Shown one piece after another: positions 39,681 through 49,347 of a DNA stretch of 64,000 nt. Made by a program: the position numbers and the translations under genes. Origin of the DNA: a bacterium (lineage in GTDB: Bacteria > Chloroflexota > Dormibacteria > Aeolococcales > Aeolococcaceae). Location of the stretch: NCBI GenBank assembly GCA_021803465.1, contig JAJZLL010000008.1:8035-72034 (forward strand), in the 5' to 3' direction. Every line of letters begins with the position of its first letter. The stretch's first letter is position 1. The notes beneath the pieces are model-generated. The model did not search any database and was not told the DNA's origin. It saw only the letters and a list, made by a program, of their open reading frames with translations.

Positions 39681-40585
39681 GCTCAGATGCACTGACTACA
39701 CCAGTCAAGCACCGCTCACTTGCTGCAGTCGCAGCCGACTACATCGCGCTCACGAAGCCCATGATAATCGTGTGGCTCGAGATCACGACCATAGCAGCCA
39801 TGGTCATGGCGCAGCGGGGGCTTCCGTCCCTCAGCCTTGTGGGAACGACAGTGCTAGGCGGATGGCTCGCTGCTGCAGCCTCGAATGTCATCAACTGCTG
39901 GTACGACCGTGACATCGACAGCACGATGCAGCGCACACGCCAGCGTCCTCTCGTTGCGGGAACAATCCGTCCTGCACATGCGTTCATCTTCGGCATTGCG
40001 CTTCTTGTGCTCGCAAATGCCGTATTTCTTGCGGGCGTGAACCTGCTTTCCGCACTTCTCGCAGACAGCGCATTTCTCATTTATGTGTTCGTGTATACGA
40101 TGTGGCTGAAGCGGCGGTCTCCAAACAACATTGTGCTTGGTGGTGCAGCTGGAGCAATTCCCCCACTCGTTGGATGGGCAGCAGTGCAGGGACATATTGG
40201 CCTTGCAGCGTTTGCTTGCTTTGCAATCGTCTTCTACTGGACCCCTCCACACTTCTGGGCACTCGCGCTTCTCCTGGATCGGGACTACTCGTCTGTTCAG
40301 GTTCCCATGCTCCCTGTGGTGCGTGGAGGCGCGCTCACACGGCTCCACATCGTGCTCTATACTGTCATTCTCAGCGCAGTCACAATGCTGCCCTTCGCAA
40401 TGCGGTCGTTCGGGTGGATCTACTTCTGGAGCGCTCTCCTTCTTGATGGCATCTTTTTCGGCCTCGCGCTCAAGTGCAGTCTCACCCAGAAGAGGTCCGA
40501 TGCCAGGCTTCTGTTCTTCTACTCCCTTGCCTATCTCGCACTGCTCTTCCTGGCGATGTCGATCGATCGTGTGATACATATATAA
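39677..40585 (+). CDS. ctaB: protoheme IX farnesyltransferase (heme O synthase)
   Basis: UbiA-family motif 'NCWYDRDIDSTMQRTRQRP'; 8-9 TM helices; start overlaps the ctaA stop. Confidence 0.9.
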   Translation: MSSDALTTPVKHRSLAAVAADYIALTKPMIIVWLEITTIAAMVMAQRGLPSLSLVGTTVLGGWLAAAASNVINCWYDRDIDSTMQRTRQRPLVAGTIRPAHAFIFGIALLVLANAVFLAGVNLLSALLADSAFLIYVFVYTMWLKRRSPNNIVLGGAAGAIPPLVGWAAVQGHIGLAAFACFAIVFYWTPPHFWALALLLDRDYSSVQVPMLPVVRGGALTRLHIVLYTVILSAVTMLPFAMRSFGWIYFWSALLLDGIFFGLALKCSLTQKRSDARLLFFYSLAYLALLFLAMSIDRVIHI

Positions 40586-40610
40586 TCAGTGCACCTGGAG
40601 GAACCACTGA

Positions 40611-40733
40611 ATGGATAAAGAACTCGCGAAGCGGAACATGCGCATGGGAATAGCGCTCACTGTGCTCATTCTTCTGCTGACTGGATCAACGTTCGTCTGG
40701 GCGGGCGTGTACCTGCACTTCATTCACGGTTAG
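40611..40733 (+). CDS. small membrane protein (40 aa)
   Basis: read from sequence: MDKELAKRNMRMGIALTVLILLLTGSTFVWAGVYLHFIHG. Confidence 0.25.
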   Translation: MDKELAKRNMRMGIALTVLILLLTGSTFVWAGVYLHFIHG

Positions 40734-40742
40734 GAGCACAAC

Positions 40743-40958
40743 GTGGCACATTCCGAAACTCCCGAACACATCCACATGCCGAACAACAGCTGGATTCCGC
40801 TGTCCTTTTCGCTCTCCCTCGCAATGACTCTCGTAGGCATTATTCTCGTCCCCCTGGTCTGGATTGTGGGACTCGTGTGGCTTGTCGCAACGCTCATTGC
40901 ATGGGCGAGGATGGCGAGAAAGGAATATCTCGAGCTTCCAGACCACGACACGCATTGA
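40743..40958 (+). CDS. small two-helix membrane protein, possibly a cytochrome oxidase small subunit
   Basis: 71 aa; hydrophobic core 'WIPLSFSLSLAMTLVGIILVPLVWIVGLVWLVATLIAW'; located between ctaB and the cupredoxin gene. Confidence 0.4.
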   Translation: MAHSETPEHIHMPNNSWIPLSFSLSLAMTLVGIILVPLVWIVGLVWLVATLIAWARMARKEYLELPDHDTH

Positions 40959-41053
40959 GATCAGGTAGCCCTCTTCAGCGACGCAGGGCAATCCATCCAT
41001 CAGCTACGATAGCTGTAGGATTGGAAATACCGTTGAACGAAAAGGAGTAGAGA

Positions 41054-41521
41054 ATGTCGTTCAGGAATCGTATCGCTGTGGGCGTCCTCGCCATCGCAAC
41101 AGTGATCAGCGTTGCAGCGTGTGGCAATGGCACACCGAGCAGCAGTAGCAGCTCATCAAGCTCCAACTCATCGTCGAGCAGCTCGTCATCAAGCAGTGCA
41201 GTGCAGTCTGACAGTGCAGGAAAGGCGGGAACCCATCTTGCTGGCACACCAGTTGCCATCATCAAGGCATCTGACACACTGCAGTGGGCACCTGCTGCTG
41301 TCACTGTGAAGGTTGGACAGATAGTCGAGTTCACAAATCCTGCATCAAACTCGATCACGCACAATGTGACGATTGCAAACCATACAGCCCTTTCGACCAC
41401 TTCCCAGGGACTGTACCCGGGTGCACACTGGTTCGTGGAGTTCACGACACCAGGGAAGTATCCCTTCGCGTGCACAATCCACCCAGGGATGGATGGAACG
41501 ATCACAGTGACTGCAAGCTGA
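41054..41521 (+). CDS. type-1 copper (plastocyanin/azurin-like) cupredoxin lipoprotein with poly-Ser linker
   Basis: lipobox 'VAACG'; long Ser run; Cu ligands H (ITHNV) ... C-x2-H-x2-M (CTIHPGM). Confidence 0.8.
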   Translation: MSFRNRIAVGVLAIATVISVAACGNGTPSSSSSSSSSNSSSSSSSSSSAVQSDSAGKAGTHLAGTPVAIIKASDTLQWAPAAVTVKVGQIVEFTNPASNSITHNVTIANHTALSTTSQGLYPGAHWFVEFTTPGKYPFACTIHPGMDGTITVTAS

Positions 41522-41543
41522 GCTTGCCTGAACTTGATGTGGA

Positions 41544-41578
41544 GGGCGGGAAGCTTGGGCTTCCCGCCCTTTTTTTTA
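41544..41578 (+). terminator. rho-independent terminator (GGGCGGGAAGC-ttgg-GCTTCCCGCCC followed by T9)
   Basis: perfect 11-bp stem plus U-tract directly after the cupredoxin stop codon. Confidence 0.75.
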
Positions 41579-41822
41579 TCCACTCATGCACGGACACTAC
41601 AGGGCAGGCAGGGCATCGCAGCGCTCTCAGACAGATATGTGAAAGGGGAACGTGTTCCCTTGACAAGTGCTCTTTGCGGTGCAGACAGCGCAGAGACGCG
41701 GTTCAGGCATGCATGCGAAGCTCCAGTGGACATGTCGACGTCTTGTCCTGGAAGGGCGGGATTGTCCGTCCGCTGTCCCACATCCTGCCGTAGTCTGTGA
41801 GAGAACCGCTGATGAGGTGGGT

Positions 41823-42638
41823 TCACGAAGGCACAGAGGGGGTGTGAAGGCCAAGATGGACATCAGCTGCAAGGAGACGTTCCGTACCACGGGAAGTCTC
41901 AATGAGAAGTGCTCCATCAGCGTCGACATCGAGGAATGTGCCAGCAACTGTCGTTCCATCATGTCGGGAGGCAGTGACAGCGGATCCGATTCCGTACGCT
42001 GCCTTTCGCCAGTCATCGAGTACTGAGGAGAGTGTCCGTGTCATGCATGCGTCAATCCACACAGGAATTCGTTCTATGAGACGGGAAAGCACGATGCCAA
42101 GGGTGGGGGGAGGTGAGGTGTACATGTCAAGACTCGCACCTCGCACTGAAGCAGGAAAGTCGTGCACTGTGACATTGATGCCGATACCGAGTGCAACTTC
42201 GGATGGACCATTTCCCGCTGTCCGTGATTCGCAGAGAATGCCTGAGATTTTCCGGTCTTCACAGATGACATCGTTTGGCCATTTGAGAAGCGGTCTTGCA
42301 GATGACAGTGTGAGAACTGTCTCACGCACTGCGAGTCCAGTTGCGAACGGCAATGCGGGAAGAGCTTCTGCAGGCACACGGATACCCATGGAGACAAGCA
42401 GTGCGCTGCCACGTGGCGCAGACCAGCTGCGTCCCATGCGGCCACGGCCGACTGACTGGTGGAGTGCTGCGACGATGACGCCATCAGGAGCTCCGGATGC
42501 AAGGTGCTGGAAGACAAGGTCCTGTGTGCTGGGCACCTCGTCGAGCAGCAGGATGCGTGCATGGGGAAACCGTGCGCAGTACGCATTGACAGATTCCTGC
42601 AGGGGCAGGGAGGAGTGGGCAGTTTCAGGCATGTACAT
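41823..42638 (-). CDS. birA: biotin--[acetyl-CoA-carboxylase] ligase
   Basis: 'GRGRMGRSW' and 'KWPNDV' BirA catalytic motifs. Confidence 0.85.
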   Translation of the reverse strand: MYMPETAHSSLPLQESVNAYCARFPHARILLLDEVPSTQDLVFQHLASGAPDGVIVAALHQSVGRGRMGRSWSAPRGSALLVSMGIRVPAEALPALPFATGLAVRETVLTLSSARPLLKWPNDVICEDRKISGILCESRTAGNGPSEVALGIGINVTVHDFPASVRGASLDMYTSPPPTLGIVLSRLIERIPVWIDACMTRTLSSVLDDWRKAAYGIGSAVTASRHDGTTVAGTFLDVDADGALLIETSRGTERLLAADVHLGLHTPSVPS

Positions 42639-42695
42639 ACATATAGCAGAGGTTCAATCAAACCATCCAGTCAGCGCCGAGAAGGAGACGCAGTC

Positions 42696-43034
42696 ATGCA
42701 GATGATCAAGGAAACCTGTGTTGCAATTCAGACTCTTGAGGACGAGTGGCAGCGGGAAATTGAGATGCGGTATGCGCGCAAGCGCAAGATCCGCTACATT
42801 GACAATCTTCTTGACGAATTTGAGCGTCTCAATCTCGTCGACGAGGGAGATGTGCCGCAGGATCTCCAGACGAGAGTGGTGGAGCTGGTGAGTGCGGAGC
42901 GGCATCCTGCAGGAGTGACCAACTTCGCAGCACTCACCATCAGCGAGTGGATGGAGACACTGTACGATGTTCAGGACACGCTCATGCTGCCCCTTGAGGA
43001 TGAGGAGCGTATGCCTGTCCGGGGAAGGGGGTAG
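42696..43034 (+). CDS. hypothetical protein (112 aa, acidic)
   Basis: ATG with AAGGAG SD 8 nt upstream; no family recognised. Confidence 0.45.
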   Translation: MQMIKETCVAIQTLEDEWQREIEMRYARKRKIRYIDNLLDEFERLNLVDEGDVPQDLQTRVVELVSAERHPAGVTNFAALTISEWMETLYDVQDTLMLPLEDEERMPVRGRG

Positions 43035-43108
43035 CCTGACTTCCCAGGATATCAGGGGCACCTGCGCACTGAAGCGCTGCTGAAGGGCAGGAAACTGCCT
43101 GCAGCTGC

Positions 43109-43375
43109 CTACTGATGCGAGCGGTGCTCTCTCAGTGCAGCAGTGCGGCGTGTGAACTCCTCCTCGTCGATCTCGCCACGTGCGAACCGTTCCTCAAGGA
43201 TCTCCTCAGCGGAATTCCGCTGGGGAAGTTTGGGGTGGCGGTATGACGTGTCCCTGACGATGAGGATGACGAACAGGATGACACCAAGGAGCAGGAGTCC
43301 CATGAAGGTTGCCATTACCCACCAGTCACCATCTCCTGACCAACCGTATCCGTACATGGGCATTGAAGCTCCCAC
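43109..43375 (-). CDS. SHOCT-domain small membrane protein
   Basis: N-terminal TM helix plus C-terminal 'AEEILEERFARGEIDEEEFTRR' SHOCT motif. Confidence 0.6.
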   Translation of the reverse strand: MGASMPMYGYGWSGDGDWWVMATFMGLLLLGVILFVILIVRDTSYRHPKLPQRNSAEEILEERFARGEIDEEEFTRRTAALREHRSHQ

Positions 43376-43458
43376 TCATGATCCGATGAATGCACATAAT
43401 GTATACCAATGTGCTAAATGTTGCAAACATGGCATGTGGAGGAAGTGGCGGGAAAGGA

Positions 43459-43533
43459 GTGGCGCGCCTGGAGGGACTCGAACCCCCGCACCCGGCTCCG
43501 GAGGCCAGTGCTCTATCCACTGAGCTACAGGCG
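43459..43533 (-). tRNA. tRNA-Arg (anticodon CCG)
   Basis: manual cloverleaf fold: 7-bp acceptor stem (GCGCCTG/CAGGCGC), D arm GCTC-AGTGGATA-GAGC, anticodon loop CTCCGGA, T arm GGGGG-TTCGAGT-CCCTC, discriminator G plus encoded CCA. Confidence 0.85.
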
Positions 43534-43632
43534 CACAGTGACATATTGAGTATACGGGGTCTTCTCCATCCCCGTGCGAGGGTGCGGGACATCAACGAGG
43601 AAGCTGTGGATCAGAAGCAGCGTCGAAGGGCC

Positions 43633-44250
43633 ATGGCAGAGCACAATGCGCAGCATTGGCTCTGTGAGCGATGCGTTGACGGAGGCTTTCTCGAGCGTGC
43701 AGCACCCGTCTTCTCTGGCACTGGCTCTGAACGCATCCTCCTTGTGGGCCAGGCACCGGGAGCAGTCGAGGTGGACACGCGCCTGCCGTTCAGTGGACGG
43801 GCAGGGGGAATGCTCATGCAGTGGCTGCTGCAGGCTGGCTTTCGTGATCCGGCTGACATCAGGGAGCGTATCTACTTCACATCTGTCACAACATGCTATC
43901 CGGGGAAAGCGAAAGGCAGTCAGGGGGATCGGGTACCTTCCCGTAGGGAGGTGGCACTCTGCGCTCCCTGGAGGGAGGAGGTATACAGCATTCTTGAGCC
44001 GAAGATCATCATCGTCGTGGGTGGCGTTGCTCTTCACGAATATCTACCAGGCATGTCGCTGACCGGGGCTGTCGGTTCTGTGTTTTCAACGCCACTGGGA
44101 CAGGACGTTTCTGTTGTGCCGCTACCCCATCCATCAGGACAGAGCCGATGGCTCAACGAACCTCACCACCGTTCCCAGCTTGCTGCAGCCCTGAAGGCAA
44201 TCGCGAAGCTCCAGCTGCAAGCAGGAGCATGTGTCAACCGTTCACAATGA
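43633..44250 (+). CDS. uracil-DNA glycosylase superfamily protein (family 4/5-like)
   Basis: 'LLVGQAPG' motif A and 'PLPHPSGQS' motif B; N-terminal Cys pair; start at Met-82 of the ORF. Confidence 0.7.
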   Translation: MAEHNAQHWLCERCVDGGFLERAAPVFSGTGSERILLVGQAPGAVEVDTRLPFSGRAGGMLMQWLLQAGFRDPADIRERIYFTSVTTCYPGKAKGSQGDRVPSRREVALCAPWREEVYSILEPKIIIVVGGVALHEYLPGMSLTGAVGSVFSTPLGQDVSVVPLPHPSGQSRWLNEPHHRSQLAAALKAIAKLQLQAGACVNRSQ

Positions 44251-44305
44251 GAATCGTATGGTAAGATACAGCGCTGGATGGCTGTGAAGATGTACGAGGA
44301 ATACC

Positions 44306-44821
44306 GTGGCGAAAACCAAGCAAGACTCTGAGAAGCAGCGACAGGAAAAAGAAGCGGCTCCAACTCCCGAGACAGCTGCCACTCCACCAGTGGGCAAGTC
44401 TGCTGAGGCGATTCTGGAACGCATCTTCGCGCCAAAGCCGAAGGCCTCGGCAGCAGAGCAGGCTGAGCGCGCTCTCCGCCACCCCAAGCAGCTCATCTAC
44501 TGCGCGCTGTCCAACAAGAACTTCTACTGGCGGGCGCACATCACGAAGTTTGTTCTTGATGAGGGACATGTTCCCATTGTTCCTGCAATGATGTTCGACT
44601 ATTACCTCCTCAACACTGTCCCCAAGGAGACTGTCAGGGAGTCCTTCAACAACCTCATTGTCCGGTGCGACCAGATGTGGGTGTTTGGAAACCTTTCACT
44701 TGGAGTGAAGGTCCAGATTGGAATCGCAAAGCGGCTGCGGAAACCAGTCCGGTATTACGACATCACAGACCTTCCCTACCGTCTCGTGAGCATTCCCGAG
44801 GCGCTCGTGCGGGAAGAGTAG
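44306..44821 (+). CDS. hypothetical protein, nucleoside 2-deoxyribosyltransferase-like (DUF4406-like) fold candidate
   Basis: 'LIYCALSNKNFYWRAHITKFVLDEGHVPIVPAMMFDYY...CDQMWVFG' resembles the DUF4406/NDT-like family; GTG start; low-complexity Lys/Glu/Ala-rich N-terminus. Confidence 0.45.
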   Translation: MAKTKQDSEKQRQEKEAAPTPETAATPPVGKSAEAILERIFAPKPKASAAEQAERALRHPKQLIYCALSNKNFYWRAHITKFVLDEGHVPIVPAMMFDYYLLNTVPKETVRESFNNLIVRCDQMWVFGNLSLGVKVQIGIAKRLRKPVRYYDITDLPYRLVSIPEALVREE

Positions 44822-44912
44822 CAGTAGCTAGTCAAGGCATGGATTGCCCAGACTTTGCAGCCCCGCTGGCTGCCAGTACAATAGCGAGTAGTCACTCACG
44901 AATGGTGCAACG

Positions 44913-46304
44913 ATGAAGCGTCTCTGGTATGTACTAGTCCCCATTCTCGTCATTGGTGGCATCTCTTCAGCGACAGTAGTCAGGGCTGCTGCCATGGCAA
45001 CTGCGAAGAAGGAAGCAGTTGCCCTGAAAGCGACAATAGGGACGTATGAGGCAAATGGACTTCCTGCTGCGAGCATTGCTGGTGTGACTGGGTCACTTGC
45101 AGCAATGGATCGCGTATTTGCCCTTGCTGTCTGGTCCCCATCCTGGTGGACCTCCTCCGCACCGTCCAAAGTCGTGGTTCTCCGCAAGGACGTTGAGCAG
45201 AAGTGGGCAGCAGCAGTGGCTTCCGCACGTGCGAACGCGGAAAGCCAGATAGCATCTCTCACCTCGCTCACGGGAACGGATGCGAAATGGATTCCCTCAT
45301 CTCCAGCACCTCCGAGCTCGACTGCCTGGGTGGCAGCGCTCAACACTGCAACCACTCCAAAGGCGCTCAATACACTCACATCGGCATGGCAGAAGGATGT
45401 CGCGAGTCTCCACGCAACGATTGTCACCACGCAGCGCGAGGCAACACTCGCAGCACAGCAGGGTCCCTCTGGCCTGCTGGGAACAGCGCACCGCCTGCTC
45501 GCTGATGCTGCATCGGATCACCTTGACGCAGGAGCGCTCGGCTCACTTGCAGCACAGTTCCAGCAGGAGATCCAGAGTGGGGCAGACACGACACAGACAT
45601 CAGCCCAGCTTGAGGCAGCGGAGCAGCAGCTGCAGTCCACAATCGCAGTCAACAACCAGGTGTTCACGACTGACAGGGCCACCATGCTTCTTGTGAACCA
45701 GGCAGAGGCGGAGGGCACCCCTGGCGCGCAGCAGGAGGCAACATCCTATGGATCCCTCCACGCGCAGTACATTGCAGCCTCGACGACTTCCCAGCTCCAG
45801 GCACTCCCTGCCCAGTACCAGACACTCCAGTCCACGGTGCAGCAGGATCTTCAGGCTCATGTCTGCGGACATACTGGGCTGCCACAGGGCAAGGTCATCA
45901 CTATCTCCCTCACGCTGCAGGAGATGGTGTTCTACGACAACGGCTGTGTCGCGAACGCCACACCAGTGACCACAGGGATGACAGCGCGGCCCACACCTAC
46001 AGGAACGTTCTATGTCTATGATCACCAGTCTCCGTTCCACATGATTTCCAGTGATCCCACATCCTCACCCTTCTGGTATCCACCAACCTGGGTGACATGG
46101 GTCATGGGGTTCTACAATGCCCAGGTGCCAAAGTGGGAAGGCTATTTCATCCATGACGCGTACTGGGAGCCAATCACGCACTTTGGACCTGGAGGAGAGT
46201 ATCTTTCGACTGCGAGCCATGGATGTGTCCACACGCCGCACAATGTCATGCAGTGGGCATACAGCTGGGTGCCAAATGGCACACCGGTGATCATTTCGCA
46301 GTAG
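44913..46304 (+). CDS. L,D-transpeptidase (YkuD domain) with signal anchor and long Ala/Thr/Gln-rich region
   Basis: C-terminal 'HxxxxGxxxSHGCVH' YkuD catalytic motif (LSTASHGCVHTP); N-terminal TM helix. Confidence 0.75.
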   Translation: MKRLWYVLVPILVIGGISSATVVRAAAMATAKKEAVALKATIGTYEANGLPAASIAGVTGSLAAMDRVFALAVWSPSWWTSSAPSKVVVLRKDVEQKWAAAVASARANAESQIASLTSLTGTDAKWIPSSPAPPSSTAWVAALNTATTPKALNTLTSAWQKDVASLHATIVTTQREATLAAQQGPSGLLGTAHRLLADAASDHLDAGALGSLAAQFQQEIQSGADTTQTSAQLEAAEQQLQSTIAVNNQVFTTDRATMLLVNQAEAEGTPGAQQEATSYGSLHAQYIAASTTSQLQALPAQYQTLQSTVQQDLQAHVCGHTGLPQGKVITISLTLQEMVFYDNGCVANATPVTTGMTARPTPTGTFYVYDHQSPFHMISSDPTSSPFWYPPTWVTWVMGFYNAQVPKWEGYFIHDAYWEPITHFGPGGEYLSTASHGCVHTPHNVMQWAYSWVPNGTPVIISQ

Positions 46305-46314
46305 TCGCGTTCTT

Positions 46315-46803
46315 CTATGCCGTGTCACCGACGCGGATGGTCTCCCGGATGGCAGTAAGCGTTGCATGCGTGATGGCCTCAAGCATGGGAAGAGCATCTT
46401 CTGGAGCCAGGCCTGAAGGATCCGCTGGACGGGCAATGACCTGGGCAAAGAGGACAGTGCCGACAGGAAGCGTGATGAACACTGCACCATTGAGCGACAG
46501 GTCATCCCTTTCAGTCGACCAGATGAGGGACGTGACTGAAGGGTAGCCATGATGGGTTGCAGAGGTGACGTGGAGCAGGGTCTGCCCAGGGGAAAGATTG
46601 GACTGGATGGTCTTCGCAGTTGCGAGATCCTCGCCGTACGGCATTCCCTCGTCTTTGGGAAGCTGCACCACGGAAAGCGATGCCTGGATATCACGTGTGC
46701 GGTATTCGAAGGCTTCTTCTGTGGGAGAGCCAGATGCTGCTGCCTCGCCCGGAGCCCAGGTTTCTGGGAGATCAAAGTCGATGGTGAATTCCTGCATGGT
46801 CAC
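46315..46803 (-). CDS. hypothetical protein
   Basis: 162-aa ORF downstream of the helicase on the same strand; no family recognised. Confidence 0.4.
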   Translation of the reverse strand: MTMQEFTIDFDLPETWAPGEAAASGSPTEEAFEYRTRDIQASLSVVQLPKDEGMPYGEDLATAKTIQSNLSPGQTLLHVTSATHHGYPSVTSLIWSTERDDLSLNGAVFITLPVGTVLFAQVIARPADPSGLAPEDALPMLEAITHATLTAIRETIRVGDTA

Positions 46804-46840
46804 AGTCTAATCGACACCGAGTGCCTGCAGTGCTGCGGCA

Positions 46841-49237
46841 TCACAGTCTGACGATGACATCCCTCTCGAGCGATGCCCTGGCAGCGCTTGCCTTGGCGCC
46901 AAATGGTGTGGAGCGTGTGGCATGCTCTATCTGTCTGAGCATGGCATAGGAATTCTTCACGAGCCGGATGAGATCGCCTATGTCAGCCCCCTCGGGAAGA
47001 TGGATTGCATCAAGGGGGACATCCGTTGCCCATGCGTACACGGCATGGACATAGTCGAGCGCAATCGGCCTGCCCCTGGGTATGTCGTACAGTGACTCTG
47101 CTCCCTCGATTGCACGGAGCATGCGTGTCATCTGGGTGCTTACCCTGTGAAGTGCGGAGCTCGGCATCCGCGGAGAACGGTACCCGCGGTCAGGCGACCG
47201 ATCTTCAGAGACAAGGAGCGAGATTGCTGTGGCACACTCCTCGGGAGTGAGTTCATCGAAAAGGTGGTGCTCGATCGCCATTGCAATGAGAAGAGATCTG
47301 TCACCAAACAGCGATGCTGCACGGGTTCCCAGTGCAGTGAGGGAATCGTCCTCCAGGAAGCCAAGCGCATGGAGCACAGCACGGAGTGCATCGAACTCAG
47401 TGCGGAAGCGGTGCTGCGCTGCACGAAGCTGCTCCTCCTCGTTGGCGAGCCGGTACTGGATGGTGTCCACCTGGTGGATGTGGTCCCGATGGTCCTCGAA
47501 GTATGGGCAGTGGTGACAGGGACTTTTCGCAATCTCCTTTCTGGACTGCGCAATGAGCCGGCGGTACTCGCTGATCTTCGTTGCGACGAAGCCAGACCTG
47601 TTCCGCTTGCCCTGGGGACGCCAATGGTCCTTCGTGAACACGCGCTTGTCAGAGAGAAGATCGTGGAGCTGCTCCTCATGACGCAGATAGGACCGGATGG
47701 TCTTCTGCGAGCAGGATCTGTGGGGATGGGCGAACCTGACGAGCTGGATGGCTGCAAGCTCCTCTGCAAGCCCTTCTGCAGTTGTGGACCAGGAATCCAT
47801 CCGTTGGAGTGCCTGGTAGTGGCCAAAGGACTGTTCCATGATGGACACTGCCCGTGCATAGTCATGCCGCTTGAGCAGGTTGAGAACCATGGCATATGTG
47901 GGCGTGAACTTTGACAGGATCTCCATGTCGCTGCCCGATGCTGCCTCAAAGATGACTTCAGGAAGAACATCACGGTCGTGGAGGATGACTCCATGGCCAA
48001 TGATGTCAATGCCCCGGCGACCTGCACGGCCAAGGAGCTGGGTGACATCGGTGCTCGTGAGCGAATGGAACCCGATGCCATCGTACTTTGTGAACGAGGA
48101 GATGATGCATGACCGGGCAGGCATGTTGAGTCCCAGGGACAGTGTCTCCGTTGCGAAGACGACCTTGATGAGGCCCTGCTGGAAGAGCAGCTCAATGAGC
48201 TCCTTCGCGGAAGGGAGCATGCCAGCGTGATGCATTGCGAGTCCCCGCATGACGACATCCTGGCTGATGGTGTCCTCAAAGAGCACCTGCTCTTCCGTGG
48301 AAAGCCTCCCAACATGATTCCTGTAGTGCTCCGCAATGAGGCGCGATTCCTCCTCGGTCGTGAGGCGCAGTGCGGACGCTTCACAGGTGGCAAGCGCCTC
48401 CCTGCAGCCTCTCCGCGAGAAGATGAAGTACATTGCGGGAGTGAGGCCTTCCCTGTGAAGTGTGGGCACGAGAGTGAGCAGGTCGTTTTCCTCCTGCCAC
48501 CGTCGTGGATGATGGCCAGGATCCCGCTCCTCAGGAGATCTGTTGAGCCTGCGGAGCAGTGTTGGATGGGGTGCTCCGAGATCATCGAACATGGAGTACA
48601 GATGGTTTCCCACAGCCATCCAGAGGACAAGGTCGACTGGACGGACATCGTGGCGGATGACTTCGATGTTTCCGCGGAGGGAGCTCATCCAGGCTGCCAT
48701 CTCATCGATGTTGCTCACAGTTGCGCTGAGACCAACGATGCGTGCGCCAGGGGGCAGTCCGATGATGATCTCCTCCCAGACGGTGCCACGAGGGTACTCG
48801 TTGATGAAGTGGATCTCATCAAGAATGACGTCACGCACTCCGGAAAGGCGCTCAGGTTCATCGTAGACGATGTTGCGGAGTATCTCCGTTGTCATCACCA
48901 GCACAGGAGCATATTCGTTGACTGCATGTTCGCCTGTGACAAGACCCACATTGACATCGCCATACCTGTCACAGAGCTCCCGGTACTTCTGGTTGCTCAA
49001 TGCCTTCAGAGGCGTGGTGTAGATGACTGCAGTGCCGCTTACCTGCTCGGTGAGTGCCTTCCACACTGCATATTCGGCAATGAGGGTTTTGCCACTGCTT
49101 GTGGGCGCACTGACAAGCGTGCCACGCTCTGTCTCGAGCGCTTCCATTGCCAGGATCTGGAATGGGTCGAGTGGAAAGGGTACTGTCGCCTGGAATCTCT
49201 CGACTTGGGGGTGTGTAGTCATTGACGCATCCAGCAT
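46841..49237 (-). CDS. Ski2-like (HelY/Mtr4-like) DEAD/DEAH-box helicase
   Basis: motif I 'APTSSGKT', II 'DEIH', III 'SAT', VI 'QLLGRAGRRG', plus a long C-terminal extension; 798 aa. Confidence 0.8.
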   Translation of the reverse strand: MLDASMTTHPQVERFQATVPFPLDPFQILAMEALETERGTLVSAPTSSGKTLIAEYAVWKALTEQVSGTAVIYTTPLKALSNQKYRELCDRYGDVNVGLVTGEHAVNEYAPVLVMTTEILRNIVYDEPERLSGVRDVILDEIHFINEYPRGTVWEEIIIGLPPGARIVGLSATVSNIDEMAAWMSSLRGNIEVIRHDVRPVDLVLWMAVGNHLYSMFDDLGAPHPTLLRRLNRSPEERDPGHHPRRWQEENDLLTLVPTLHREGLTPAMYFIFSRRGCREALATCEASALRLTTEEESRLIAEHYRNHVGRLSTEEQVLFEDTISQDVVMRGLAMHHAGMLPSAKELIELLFQQGLIKVVFATETLSLGLNMPARSCIISSFTKYDGIGFHSLTSTDVTQLLGRAGRRGIDIIGHGVILHDRDVLPEVIFEAASGSDMEILSKFTPTYAMVLNLLKRHDYARAVSIMEQSFGHYQALQRMDSWSTTAEGLAEELAAIQLVRFAHPHRSCSQKTIRSYLRHEEQLHDLLSDKRVFTKDHWRPQGKRNRSGFVATKISEYRRLIAQSRKEIAKSPCHHCPYFEDHRDHIHQVDTIQYRLANEEEQLRAAQHRFRTEFDALRAVLHALGFLEDDSLTALGTRAASLFGDRSLLIAMAIEHHLFDELTPEECATAISLLVSEDRSPDRGYRSPRMPSSALHRVSTQMTRMLRAIEGAESLYDIPRGRPIALDYVHAVYAWATDVPLDAIHLPEGADIGDLIRLVKNSYAMLRQIEHATRSTPFGAKASAARASLERDVIVRL

Positions 49238-49347
49238 ACACTGCGGATTTCAGGGCGGGGAGTCCAAATAATGCGGGGAAGTGCTGCCAAACGCCATCAA
49301 AGTGTGGCATGCTCCTACGTGTAGTCAAGGTTCCGGAGTGCTTCCCC

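Noticed and set aside
41150-41215. Repetitive AGC/TCA-rich DNA
   Set aside because: It encodes the poly-Ser linker of the cupredoxin lipoprotein and is not an independent tandem-repeat element or CRISPR array. No CRISPR-like spaced repeats were seen anywhere in the window.
43376-43632. Possible integrated mobile element at tRNA-Arg
   Set aside because: No integrase/recombinase ORF and no direct repeat of the tRNA 3' end found nearby. Neighbouring genes (birA, UDG, Ldt) look chromosomal. Kept only as a low-interest note.
47140-48648. 502-aa minus-strand ORF in an alternative frame of the helicase gene
   Set aside because: Same strand but wrong frame relative to clear helicase motifs; Ser/Arg-rich nonsense composition.
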